A stretch of 64,000 bases of DNA, from IMG/VR virus record IMGVR_UViG_3300042542_004852, one strand, 5' to 3'. Below, piece after piece: positions 16,434-25,493 of the stretch. A program made the translations under genes and the position numbers. Position 1 is the stretch's first letter. Each line of letters opens with the position of its first letter. The DNA is from a virus. Below the pieces are notes generated by a model. That model ran no database searches. It was given only the letters and a program-made list of their open reading frames with translations, and was not told the origin of the DNA.

Positions 16434-16704
16434 GCACAGGCACGGCGGGCGAATTTTTATTGATTATTGTTTATCGTAGCGTAGTCCTCAACAACAAGAA
16501 CTTGTCCAGGATAGAGCCACACCTCGATCTGGAGCTTTTGCCCATACGGTGATGTTCCAGAGTATTTCGCCCGCACATCCCTTCGTATCGGTGAATTGTC
16601 GATCAGTGTTGGCTGGGCGGTTGTGTTTGGTGTGCTCATGGTGGATCAAATATCTTCGGATATTGGCCTGCACAGGCAGGACGGGCGAATTTTTATTGAT
16701 TATT
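16434..16704. repeat. 35-bp direct repeats (16434-16468 and 16670-16704)
   Basis: GCACAGGCAsGrCGGGCGAATTTTTATTGATTATT with 2 mismatches. Confidence 0.85.
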
Positions 16705-18507
16705 TTTGCGGCTTTTCTTGCATGGTTTTCGCCACTTTAATCATTACTTCTGCCACAATAATTGCCATTTCTGGCGACAAATAAAGCGCTTCTGTGTTTG
16801 GGGCAAAAATTGCAACGCAGCCCATGTCATCAGGGTCTTCGCCAACAGTTAAAGAACTGTCAGTGTCATAATCAGAGATCATAAAGGATTGTTTGATTTG
16901 GTAGTTCATATTTTTTAAAGGGTTTTACCAGAGGTTGAGGGCTAGGCCGAGAGCTTCAAAACGTTGTGCTGCGGTTGCGTTGGCAAACGAAAACAAAACA
17001 ACCTCCCTATAGCTTGCTGGCGAACTTAACGGAACAAGCCCAAGAACATCGTTTAGGTGATAAACAAATTCAAACTGCTGATCATCCGTCAACTTATCTT
17101 GAAGTTCTTGCACCGCGTTGAGGTCGTTGAAGTAGTCTGGTGGATTGAGAGGGTCAGGCAAAATAAATCCGTTATTACTCCATTTGCCCGACGGCGACTC
17201 ATCCCACCCATCAGCCTTAGCCAGCTTGATTCGTTTTTGTTCTTGTGTCATTAGTTTCAAGCAGTTGGTTTATTAGTTCTTCTTTGGCGCTATGGCTTTG
17301 TATTGATGATATAAGTCCTCCATCTGAGGAGTTGCCAGAGTCGATGGCGCATGTAATGGCTGCATCAATATAATCTATTAGCGCATCAATTTGTTCTTGT
17401 GTCATATCTTTAATATAGCGAGTTTATTGATTTAGTCAAGGCTAATGTTTTCTTCCGTCATTCTTTGATAGATGAAGCCTCGCAAACTTTCGAGACTTTT
17501 GCCAGCTTCGGCGTGCAGATTATTATTGTATTTTAAATCTTGGCGAAGATTTCCAATGATTTCGTTCACAATCATGCGCCATTTCCAGCCGTCAATGGCT
17601 GTCTGGTGCTCAATGGCATCTTGGGGCAGTTCAAATTCAAGAGTCGCTTTCATCGTCAAAGGTTGTTGCGTTAAGTTGTTCGCCATTTTCACTGGAGCAA
17701 AGAATAACTTGATAAGGTGAATAATCGCTTTTTGTTTGAAAAAAACTAAGACAAAAGCGTTTTCCCGCCAAAACTGCTTGCATTTCATCTACTTGCTCTT
17801 TGTTTAGATGAAATTCGGTTCCGTCTTTGGTGAATTTGATGGTTTCGATGGTTGAATCAAATCCAACCTTGCGTTCTGCATATACTGAAAAATTCATATT
17901 TTTATTTGTTTTCTTTCCATTTAAATTCAAGTTCTTTTGTTCCAGTGATGATTTGCCACTCTGCGAAACCTTTGTCAACAATTTCTTGTCGCCAAAGATC
18001 ACAGGCTATTGCGAAACCAAAAGCAAAGCCAAAAAATACCCCAAATACAGATACAATTGCTAATAAAATATTTTCATCTTTCATTGTTTTCTTTCCATTT
18101 AAATTCGACTTCTCTTGTTCCAGCGATAATGCGCCACTCTGCGAAACCTTTATCAATAATTTCTTGATGAAAATGGTCAGCGGTTATTCCCCATCCAATA
18201 AAAGAGCCAAAAAATAACCCAAATCCAGCTCCCATTAGTAATAAAAAACTGTCGTCGTTCATTGTTTTTACTTGTTTTCTAGTTGTTTTTTAAGAGTTTT
18301 AGGCACCAAACACCAGCAACCCTGAGAGTCTTTAACAATTTTCCACTGGCAAGGCCCACCTGCGCCGAGGAAAATAGCTTTACCAGTGTATTCGCCAAAG
18401 TAACGAAGGCTAATCATGGAACCAAAAGGTGTAACTGCTGCATTAATTTCTCCCAATGAAGAACTCTCGTTCAGTTCTGCAAATGGATTGGATATTTGTT
18501 CTTTCAT
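16700..18507 (-). other. Run of small hypothetical genes (16700-16909, 16925-17260, 17217-17405, about 17432-17653, 17902-18084, 18074-18262, 18268-18507)
   Basis: Tightly packed co-oriented ORFs. The last two membrane-peptide genes before 18268 are paralogs. Confidence 0.65.
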
Positions 18508-18545
18508 GTTGTTAATATAGAGAGGTTTTTGCCCTTGTCAAATAC

Positions 18546-19187
18546 TTATGCATTAATAAGAACGCAGATTTCTCTGCCCCAAAGCGTTTTCATTTTGTCC
18601 AACACACCGCTGAGCCAATATTTATTGATGCCGCGAGGATCATTGCCTGCGCCAACTGGACAGTAGATTTGCTGGATTTTTTTAACAGTATAATTTCTGC
18701 CGCCGCAATACATTTTGCCGCCAAGAAGTTTGCCTGCATACTTCACGCACGCATCCACAGAATCAAAATAATGATATTTTCCCCGCAAATAAATACCAAA
18801 AACATTATTTCGTTCGCGAGAGAATTTACTGTTGCCGTTTGCTGATTCGTGCATGGCGATTGCTGCAAGAACAATTGGGCAAATGTCATTGTCTCGCGCC
18901 ACGTTAATGAATAAGTCTCCCTTGTCTCGCAAAACGCCTTTTAAAAACATATTTAATCGAGCACCAGTAACAACACTGTGCTGACGAGCATCGTAGCTTT
19001 CTGAAACTGCAACAAACTTGACTGGCTGAGCTTTATTCGTTGACTGCTTTATCTTTGAAACCATTCCTCTGAATGCTTCAAGCAAAGAAATCTTTTTGGG
19101 CGTTTCAGCGTCTTGTGCATGCGAAAATGAAACTGCTGCAACAATGATGCTCATGAGAGCAAAGAAGAGTATTGTGATTTTTTTCAT
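18546..19187 (-). CDS. Secreted glucosaminidase/lysozyme-like peptidoglycan hydrolase
   Basis: Signal peptide, AIAMHESANG...NNVFGI and YCP...W motifs (GH73-like). Confidence 0.7.
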   Translation of the reverse strand: MKKITILFFALMSIIVAAVSFSHAQDAETPKKISLLEAFRGMVSKIKQSTNKAQPVKFVAVSESYDARQHSVVTGARLNMFLKGVLRDKGDLFINVARDNDICPIVLAAIAMHESANGNSKFSRERNNVFGIYLRGKYHYFDSVDACVKYAGKLLGGKMYCGGRNYTVKKIQQIYCPVGAGNDPRGINKYWLSGVLDKMKTLWGREICVLINA

Positions 19188-19377
19188 GAGATGAGTTTGG
19201 TTAATGCTTTCGACGCACTAACCTAACCCAAGAAAGACCACTGTCAACTTTCTTTTCTCAACTTGCGGCGAAAATATTGAATGCTTGGATGAAACCAAGT
19301 GCAAGCATTTTTTAGGCACGCTCCGCCGTTTGAGTGATCTTTTAGCGTTGCACCGCAGTCACATTTGGTGTTTGATT

Positions 19378-19638
19378 TTAGTTTTCTGGCTTTTTTTTCC
19401 ACGACAAAAGTTTATTTAAATACTTTTTACGCTTTGAACATCCGCACTCTTTGAGATTAAACCAAGATTTAAATCTTTCTTCTGTGATTCCAAACTGTGT
19501 GAGCACAGTTTCTACCAAGTCGCCTAATCCAGCTTGATCATTTGTCTCTAAAGAAATATTTTGTTCTTCGAGGCGCTGAATAACCTCGTTCATTTCTTTT
19601 TGAATTTTTGAGTTTTCTTGTTGCTCTTCTGGAGTCAT
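19378..19638 (-). CDS. Small phage protein (GLGD...CGC..RK family)
   Basis: GLGDLVE...ECGCSKRKKYLN. Confidence 0.65.
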   Translation of the reverse strand: MTPEEQQENSKIQKEMNEVIQRLEEQNISLETNDQAGLGDLVETVLTQFGITEERFKSWFNLKECGCSKRKKYLNKLLSWKKKPEN

Positions 19639-19639
19639 A

Positions 19640-20113
19640 TTAAAGATTGTTGACGAAGAAATCGCGATAGTTTTTTATTTCGCGACTTATTAGTCTTTTG
19701 TTATCATTATAATCAGAATGCATAATAAAATCAACATCGTTTGAGTGTGGCAATGCAAAAACATGACCAAATTCATGCAGTGCAGATGATCGGAGGTCAT
19801 ATCCAACGCCAAGAAATTTGCGCCAACCACCAACATGCCACGGTTCGCGACTGTCGAAAGAGATTTCCCATTGGCGAGGATTTTTAAATGTGCGACATTC
19901 AGCGATTCTGTTGGGATGGAGTTTTTTATCAATTTTATTGTCAAAAGAGATGCGTATTTGAAGATTGCCGCTTCCTTCTTTTAACTCTACTAAGCCTTTC
20001 ATGCAAAGATTCCACTCATTCGCGGCGAGGCGAATAGCGGAAAGAATTTTTTCGTTAGAAAGGTTTTTGGGTTTCCAGATTGGTAAATAAGTCCAGTGAA
20101 CAATGTCGCTCAT
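19640..20113 (-). CDS. Matrixin-like (M10) zinc metallopeptidase
   Basis: HEFGHVFALPHS plus a Met-turn (IMH). Start MSDIVH is 8 nt after GTGTAA. Confidence 0.8.
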   Translation of the reverse strand: MSDIVHWTYLPIWKPKNLSNEKILSAIRLAANEWNLCMKGLVELKEGSGNLQIRISFDNKIDKKLHPNRIAECRTFKNPRQWEISFDSREPWHVGGWRKFLGVGYDLRSSALHEFGHVFALPHSNDVDFIMHSDYNDNKRLISREIKNYRDFFVNNL

Positions 20114-20133
20114 GAATTTATTTACACTAAAAA

Positions 20134-20222
20134 TGGTAGTTGGCGCTGGTAACGATCCAGATGGGATAAAATCCAACACGGATTATGAGTCCGCCGCTAC
20201 CGCCTGGCAGCCCCCGCCAACT
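20134..20222 (-). tRNA. Non-canonical 8/4-fold (Sec/allo-tRNA-like) tRNA with CAU anticodon
   Basis: 8-bp acceptor AGTTGGCG/CGCCAACT, 6-bp D stem with 4-nt loop, loop CT-CAT-AA, long variable arm, 4-bp T stem, ACCA end. Confidence 0.8.
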
Positions 20223-20340
20223 AAAAAATTATTAAAATTATGAAGGTTTCGGCGACTCCTACAAACGCGCTTTTATGTTTGAGCAATTTCCCTATTTGGC
20301 AGCGGGGACACAAAAGACTGAGCCAAAATTATCAAAAAGA

Positions 20341-20427
20341 TGGTACCGATAGCCAGGATCGAACTGGCAAGGAGTTTCCTCCAGCAGATTTTAAGTCTGC
20401 TGTGTTTACCTATTTCACCATATCGGC
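20341..20427 (-). tRNA. tRNA-Leu(UAA)
   Basis: Canonical class II cloverleaf, loop CT-TAA-AA, CCA end. Confidence 0.93.
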
Positions 20428-20569
20428 TTTGATTCTATTAAAGATCAAAAGTTTTCTAACTTCGGACGGCGAAGCGTCTTGGAACAACTCTATTATACTC
20501 TAGCTTTTTTGTTTGTCAAGGATTGATTATCTTTCATAATCATTGTGTATATTTAAAAAAGGAGTTTTT

Positions 20570-20992
20570 ATGATTATTCTCGTCACAGGAAAAAACGGAT
20601 CAGGAAAAAGTTATTTCTGCAAAAGGTTCTTGCAGCAATGTTATGCTGTTCATTTTAATAATGATTTTATTCGTAACCTGACCAATAATCAAGACTTTTC
20701 AATGGAAGGCCGCATTCTTGCGGCAAAAAACATGAGAAAAGCTGTTGATGAGAGCAGTGCAGTGGTCAAACTTGTTGACATGATTTGCCCAACAAAAGAA
20801 TTGCGCGAAATCATTGCTCCTGATGTTATTGTTTACATCAAGTCGGACGCTGCATCAAAACATAGTGACACTGACTCTCTTTATCAAGAGCCTACCCCTG
20901 ATGAAGCAAAATATTTCTTTAGTTGCTTCACTCGCAAAAGTGATCAGCTTGTTGATCGTGTTGTGTATTGGCTGTATAAGAATCCTCAGTAA
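20570..20992 (+). CDS. Adenylylsulfate kinase (CysC)-like P-loop kinase
   Basis: GKNGSGKS, NDFIR...DFSMEGR, ICPTKELRE, YQEP. Confidence 0.65.
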   Translation: MIILVTGKNGSGKSYFCKRFLQQCYAVHFNNDFIRNLTNNQDFSMEGRILAAKNMRKAVDESSAVVKLVDMICPTKELREIIAPDVIVYIKSDAASKHSDTDSLYQEPTPDEAKYFFSCFTRKSDQLVDRVVYWLYKNPQ

Positions 20993-21070
20993 ATTCTTCG
21001 CCGTAATCAATTTCCCATTCTCTCACAGAGAGAAGAGAGTATTCGTCGTTGGTATTTTTTTCGGTTTGAT

Positions 21071-21829
21071 TCATTGTTTTACTCTATTTTGAATTAAATT
21101 AGTTTCTGCGAGAGAAATAAGTGTGGCTTGTGCGCTTTTGTCATAATAGGCTGTTTCAAGCCATTTTTCGCGCCAAAAGATTTTGCCGCTGATTGATTTT
21201 AAATCTTTTTTAATCTCTTCGTCCGAATATCCTTTTTGTTTAAGAATTGGAGCAAGAGGCATGAAGCTTGGCGCTAGTGTTGGCGAGGGACCGCTCTCAT
21301 ATTTAAAGTTCTTGATTAAATCAAGAACCCAAGTCTTTTGAATCTTTCCGCCAGGACATGTTTTGGTTGTTTTAGGATCGTCGCGATGAAACAATACAGT
21401 TTTGTCATTCACTGGAAGCTTTAGCCAATCCAGCAACATTTTTGTTGCGGCTGCGGTTGTTTTCCAGCACTCAAAACCTCTGCCCTTTTTAGGGTCTTCA
21501 TTGTCATAGTCTCCAAGAACTTCAATCCCAATTGAGGAACGATTAAAACTAGAAGCATGAACGCCAGTTTCAGTTAGCGGAGTCATGCCCCAAACTTGAT
21601 CGTCGTCAATGAAAAGATGAGGCCCACTTTTCCATCCAAGTTGATTGGAATAAAAACTTTTTAAATTCTCAAGATGTTTGGCCAAAAAACCATCTGGTCT
21701 TTGGCTAAGTGATGGAGCAGCGCAGTGATGCAAGCACACAGCTTTTGCCCACGACGGAGCTTTAATTGAATTTAAATATTGGGAGAAACCTTCAACTGTC
21801 CAGACTTTACCAGTGTTATTAAATGACAT
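21071..21829 (-). CDS. N-acetylmuramoyl-L-alanine amidase (endolysin)
   Basis: LHH...PHLFID...GVHA...SIGIEVLG...FHRD...KTCPG zinc-amidase motifs. Confidence 0.85.
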   Translation of the reverse strand: MSFNNTGKVWTVEGFSQYLNSIKAPSWAKAVCLHHCAAPSLSQRPDGFLAKHLENLKSFYSNQLGWKSGPHLFIDDDQVWGMTPLTETGVHASSFNRSSIGIEVLGDYDNEDPKKGRGFECWKTTAAATKMLLDWLKLPVNDKTVLFHRDDPKTTKTCPGGKIQKTWVLDLIKNFKYESGPSPTLAPSFMPLAPILKQKGYSDEEIKKDLKSISGKIFWREKWLETAYYDKSAQATLISLAETNLIQNRVKQ

Positions 21830-22016
21830 ACATTAATAGTAACAAATTGGATGAAGTTTTAAACCCAAGCAATCCGTTTGCCGCACAATGCTCTCGCAGG
21901 GGCGACCTGCATCCACTTCTGTAAGAGCATTGTTAATTTCCGTCATTTGGGTAACACCCTCCCTTGCGGGAGGCAGCGCCATCGGGATTTTGCTTGTGGC
22001 AGCGCGGCAGTTCGGA

Positions 22017-22376
22017 TTACCTGCGTTCCGAATTGGAGGGTTCATCAGCAGGTGAGTCATTCCCCTCCAAAAGTTTTTTAAGATTTTCCAAGACTCGGTT
22101 TTCAGTTTTATTGCGTTGATCAAGTGTTTCAGTTTCACAAAATTCTTGAATTTTTTCGGCTAATAGATTTTGTAATCTTTTTTCTGCTTCTTGGTAAGTA
22201 TTAAAACACTGTGCTATCTCTCCCAAAAGATAACCATGATGGCTCAATCGCCACTCTGATTTTTTGTAGGTAGAGAAGTTTTTTTCAATATAAAAGTGAC
22301 AGTCACGATCTTTATGATGACTGCCGCCGATTAATTCATACCATAGTTCGAGCAGATTTTTGGTGAAGGCTTGCAT
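22017..22376 (-). CDS. Hypothetical protein
   Basis: ORF with its own N16 promoter. Contains HHKDRDCHF. Confidence 0.6.
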   Translation of the reverse strand: MQAFTKNLLELWYELIGGSHHKDRDCHFYIEKNFSTYKKSEWRLSHHGYLLGEIAQCFNTYQEAEKRLQNLLAEKIQEFCETETLDQRNKTENRVLENLKKLLEGNDSPADEPSNSERR

Positions 22377-22409
22377 GGGTGACTAATTATACCAGCAAAG
22401 CTCTTCTTG

Positions 22410-23645
22410 TCAAGCTAATAATGAAGATATTGGTTTCCCCTTGTCAGCAATCTTGAATGGTCGCCCTTCTGGAGAGATTAAAATCTGTTCAATTGGCAAA
22501 CCAGCAGCAGCCGCGATTGTAGCATTAAAATCTTGCGGCGAAACAATGCCGTCTAACACTCTCATGCCTTTCTCATCGCTCTTGCCATAGACTTGACCAC
22601 CTTTGATTCCTGCGCCAATCAAAGCACTAGAAAATGCGCCAGGATGATGATCGCGCCCATCATTAACATTAATAATTGGAGTGCGGCCAAAGTCTGTGGT
22701 GATCACAATAAGAGTTTTCTTCAACAAGCCAGAAGCTTGCAAGTCTTCAATTAGTGCAGTGAGAGCAGTGTCCAACACCATTAATTTATCTTCTAAAGCG
22801 TCAAAATTATTAACATGAGTGTCCCAGCCACCGTCTGAAACTTCGATAAACTTGCACCCACCTTGTTCAACAAGTCTCTTGGCAAGGCAAACGCCTTGAC
22901 CGAAACGATTGTTGCCATATTTTTCTCGCTTCTCTGCGGATTCTTTGGTGAGGTCAAAAACATCAAGTTCGGAAGAGTTGAGCAAACGAACAGTTTGATC
23001 GTAGAATTCTGCGTAGCTCTTCTCTGATGGATTTGCAGCCTTCATCGCATCACGTTCAATCTTCTTTAAGATTTCAATGCGCTTGCTGAATTCATCTTTG
23101 TTTTTGATTTTTGCGTTTTCCAAACCGCGAAGAGGGTCTTGGATTGGAATGGGAGAATATTTCTTAGCCATCCAACCTGCGCCAGGATGATCTGCGGGAC
23201 CACCAATTAAAACATTTTGTGGGATGTTGATTTTTTCTTCATTGTCTTGCATTCTGCACATCCAAGCTCCCATGTTTGGGTGAATGATTGTGCCAATCTT
23301 CTTGTAGCTTGTGCGCTGAAGGTATTGAGCTTGTTCATGCGCTCCTGTGTTTACCATCATGCTGCGAATTAGTGCCATTTTATCACCGTGTTTGGCGAGT
23401 TTTGGCAAGTGTTCGCTGATAGAATAGTCTGCGTTTGTATTAATAGAATTAAATTTGCCCTTCACTTCTGCATCTTTTTTAGGATCAAAAGTATCAAGAT
23501 GGCTCATTCCGCCATTCATAAACAAATAAATAATGTGTTCTGCTTTGTTGGCAGATTGCGCAGCATGGATTTCTGGTAGCACAGAAACGCCTAAACCTGC
23601 ACTGGCTAGACGAAGAACGAAGTCACGACGATGGATAGAGTTCAT
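22410..23645 (-). CDS. DUF1501 protein with Tat signal (PVC-type, alkaline phosphatase/sulfatase-like fold)
   Basis: RRDF Tat motif, IYLFMNGGMSHLDTFDPK, GWDTH, TDFGRTP, GRDHHP, GIKGGQVYGKSD. Confidence 0.92.
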   Translation of the reverse strand: MNSIHRRDFVLRLASAGLGVSVLPEIHAAQSANKAEHIIYLFMNGGMSHLDTFDPKKDAEVKGKFNSINTNADYSISEHLPKLAKHGDKMALIRSMMVNTGAHEQAQYLQRTSYKKIGTIIHPNMGAWMCRMQDNEEKINIPQNVLIGGPADHPGAGWMAKKYSPIPIQDPLRGLENAKIKNKDEFSKRIEILKKIERDAMKAANPSEKSYAEFYDQTVRLLNSSELDVFDLTKESAEKREKYGNNRFGQGVCLAKRLVEQGGCKFIEVSDGGWDTHVNNFDALEDKLMVLDTALTALIEDLQASGLLKKTLIVITTDFGRTPIINVNDGRDHHPGAFSSALIGAGIKGGQVYGKSDEKGMRVLDGIVSPQDFNATIAAAAGLPIEQILISPEGRPFKIADKGKPISSLLA

Positions 23646-23649
23646 GGGA

Positions 23650-25419
23650 TTAATTAGAGAATTTAAATTCAGTTGAATTGAGAAGTGCCCAAATAACGTC
23701 GTCGTCATTTGCGCCAAGGAATGTGGCTTTTTCAGATAGCGTTGGCTTGCGGCTCAAAATGCTTTTGTAAATAACTTCCATCTTTTCAGAGGGAGACTTG
23801 CCAACCAAAGACTTTATTAAAGTTGTTTCTTTGTTTGTGGCAACGCTGGCAAGCTGCCCATTCATGAAAGAGATGACTTGAGTCACTGAACCTTCCAAGG
23901 AAGATGTTTGAATGAGTTCTCGATCACTGCGGCCAAGCTGCGCAAGAATAGTATTTGTTTGATTGGCATCATTGATTTCAGAAGCTCTTGCAACAACAAT
24001 GTTAGTGATCTTTGGCGCAAGAGAGTATTTTTCGCGCATGATTTGATTGTATTTTTCCAGCTTCATTCTCATCTTCTCTAACGAAATGTCTTCAATGGTT
24101 GTTAGCATATTTTTTGAGTATTCAGTATGAAATTCTGTTTTATATTTTTCGGGACTCTCAACGCAAAGAGCCACAACAGAATCCCAAAGCTGTTCAGCAG
24201 AAAGCCTGCGCTTCACTGGACCAATAAAAATAAACTTTTCACTATCAGAGAAGGCTCCGCTGTATGTTTGCTGCTGAAAGAGTTTCGTGTTGCATAAAAC
24301 AAATAAAAACTTTTGGCTGTCATAGTTTAAATCAACAAAAATATTGGCTAACGTGTTCATTAGTTCGCTGTCTAAAGCGTCACTGTCATGAATGTTGTCA
24401 TACTCTGAAATGATGTATTTGCCAAAAATTAAGTTCCAGTAGCGATTCACAATGTTCTTTGTGAAGGTGGGATGGTTAGGGTTGCAGAGCCAAGCCACTG
24501 CATCTTGTCGCAAATCTTCTTTGTTTTTAATCTTTCCTTTGCCATCAAGAGTGCTTGGAGCAACAACATCGTTTGGTTTCGCGTCTTTGTATTGGTAATC
24601 GTGAGGAAGTTTTAATTCTTTTGCTGCGACAATTTCAAGATCAGATTGAGTTGCGCGAACAAAGTTATTGATTTGATTGTTTAAGCCGCGATTCTTTACA
24701 GGATCGCTCTTGATGAGAGCATCAATGGTTTCTCTCAAGGTTTTGATCTTTTCGCGTGTTTCTTTTGATTCTTTTGGACGAAGCTCAACTTGATTGAACA
24801 TTGCAGCCATTTTGTAGAACTGCATTTGCGTGAAGTCTTGGAAAGGATCATCGTGGCACTGTGCGCAGCTAATGTCTGTGCCTAAAAATACTTTGTTTGT
24901 GGCAATCAAATTATCAAGAGGCATTCCTACATCTCTGTAGTAGTAACCAGTGGCGGGACTAGAGTAGTAATTGCCAGAGCTTAAGAGTAAATCTTTAACA
25001 AATAAATCGTATGGTTTGTTTGCCGCGATGCAGTCTTTGACGTAATCAATGTAGGGACCACCATTAAAATTATTGATTGGCGAAAGCTTTTCGCGCATTC
25101 TAAGACTGTCTGCCCAAAAATTAAACATGTGCGAAACGTGGCCAGGATGTTTTAATAGGTGCTTGATTAATTGTGTCTTTTTATCACTGGCAGAAGCTTC
25201 AAAATACATTTTGTGCTCTTCAAAAGTTGGATTGCGGCCAATGATTGTCAAGTATGCTCGGCGTAAAAAAACCTCTTCGCTCACTGGGGGAAGAGGTTGG
25301 ATTTTAGAGTTTAAACATTGTTTTTCGAGCACAGCGTCAATCTTTAAAGAAGAGAGGTTCAAATCAGCGCAGAAACTCCATGACACTAGACAAAACAAGA
25401 TTAAAAGTATTTTTTTCAT
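23650..25419 (-). CDS. DUF1549/DUF1553 (PSCyt2/PSD1) protein
   Basis: FLRRAYLTIIGRNPT, FLGTDISCAQCHDDPF, IVNRYWN, RRLSAEQLWDS, WALLNSTEF. Has a signal peptide. Confidence 0.92.
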   Translation of the reverse strand: MKKILLILFCLVSWSFCADLNLSSLKIDAVLEKQCLNSKIQPLPPVSEEVFLRRAYLTIIGRNPTFEEHKMYFEASASDKKTQLIKHLLKHPGHVSHMFNFWADSLRMREKLSPINNFNGGPYIDYVKDCIAANKPYDLFVKDLLLSSGNYYSSPATGYYYRDVGMPLDNLIATNKVFLGTDISCAQCHDDPFQDFTQMQFYKMAAMFNQVELRPKESKETREKIKTLRETIDALIKSDPVKNRGLNNQINNFVRATQSDLEIVAAKELKLPHDYQYKDAKPNDVVAPSTLDGKGKIKNKEDLRQDAVAWLCNPNHPTFTKNIVNRYWNLIFGKYIISEYDNIHDSDALDSELMNTLANIFVDLNYDSQKFLFVLCNTKLFQQQTYSGAFSDSEKFIFIGPVKRRLSAEQLWDSVVALCVESPEKYKTEFHTEYSKNMLTTIEDISLEKMRMKLEKYNQIMREKYSLAPKITNIVVARASEINDANQTNTILAQLGRSDRELIQTSSLEGSVTQVISFMNGQLASVATNKETTLIKSLVGKSPSEKMEVIYKSILSRKPTLSEKATFLGANDDDVIWALLNSTEFKFSN

Positions 25420-25493
25420 AAGCCTTTAGTATTTTACACTTTTTAAAAAGGTTTTGAAGCGTGCAATCTTTCAACATAAGTGTAAAAATAATT

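Noticed and set aside
20134-20222. Calling this tRNA-Sec (selC)
   Set aside because: The 7-nt loop CTCATAA centres on CAT rather than TCA, the fold is 8/4 rather than the bacterial 8/5, and the discriminator is A rather than G.
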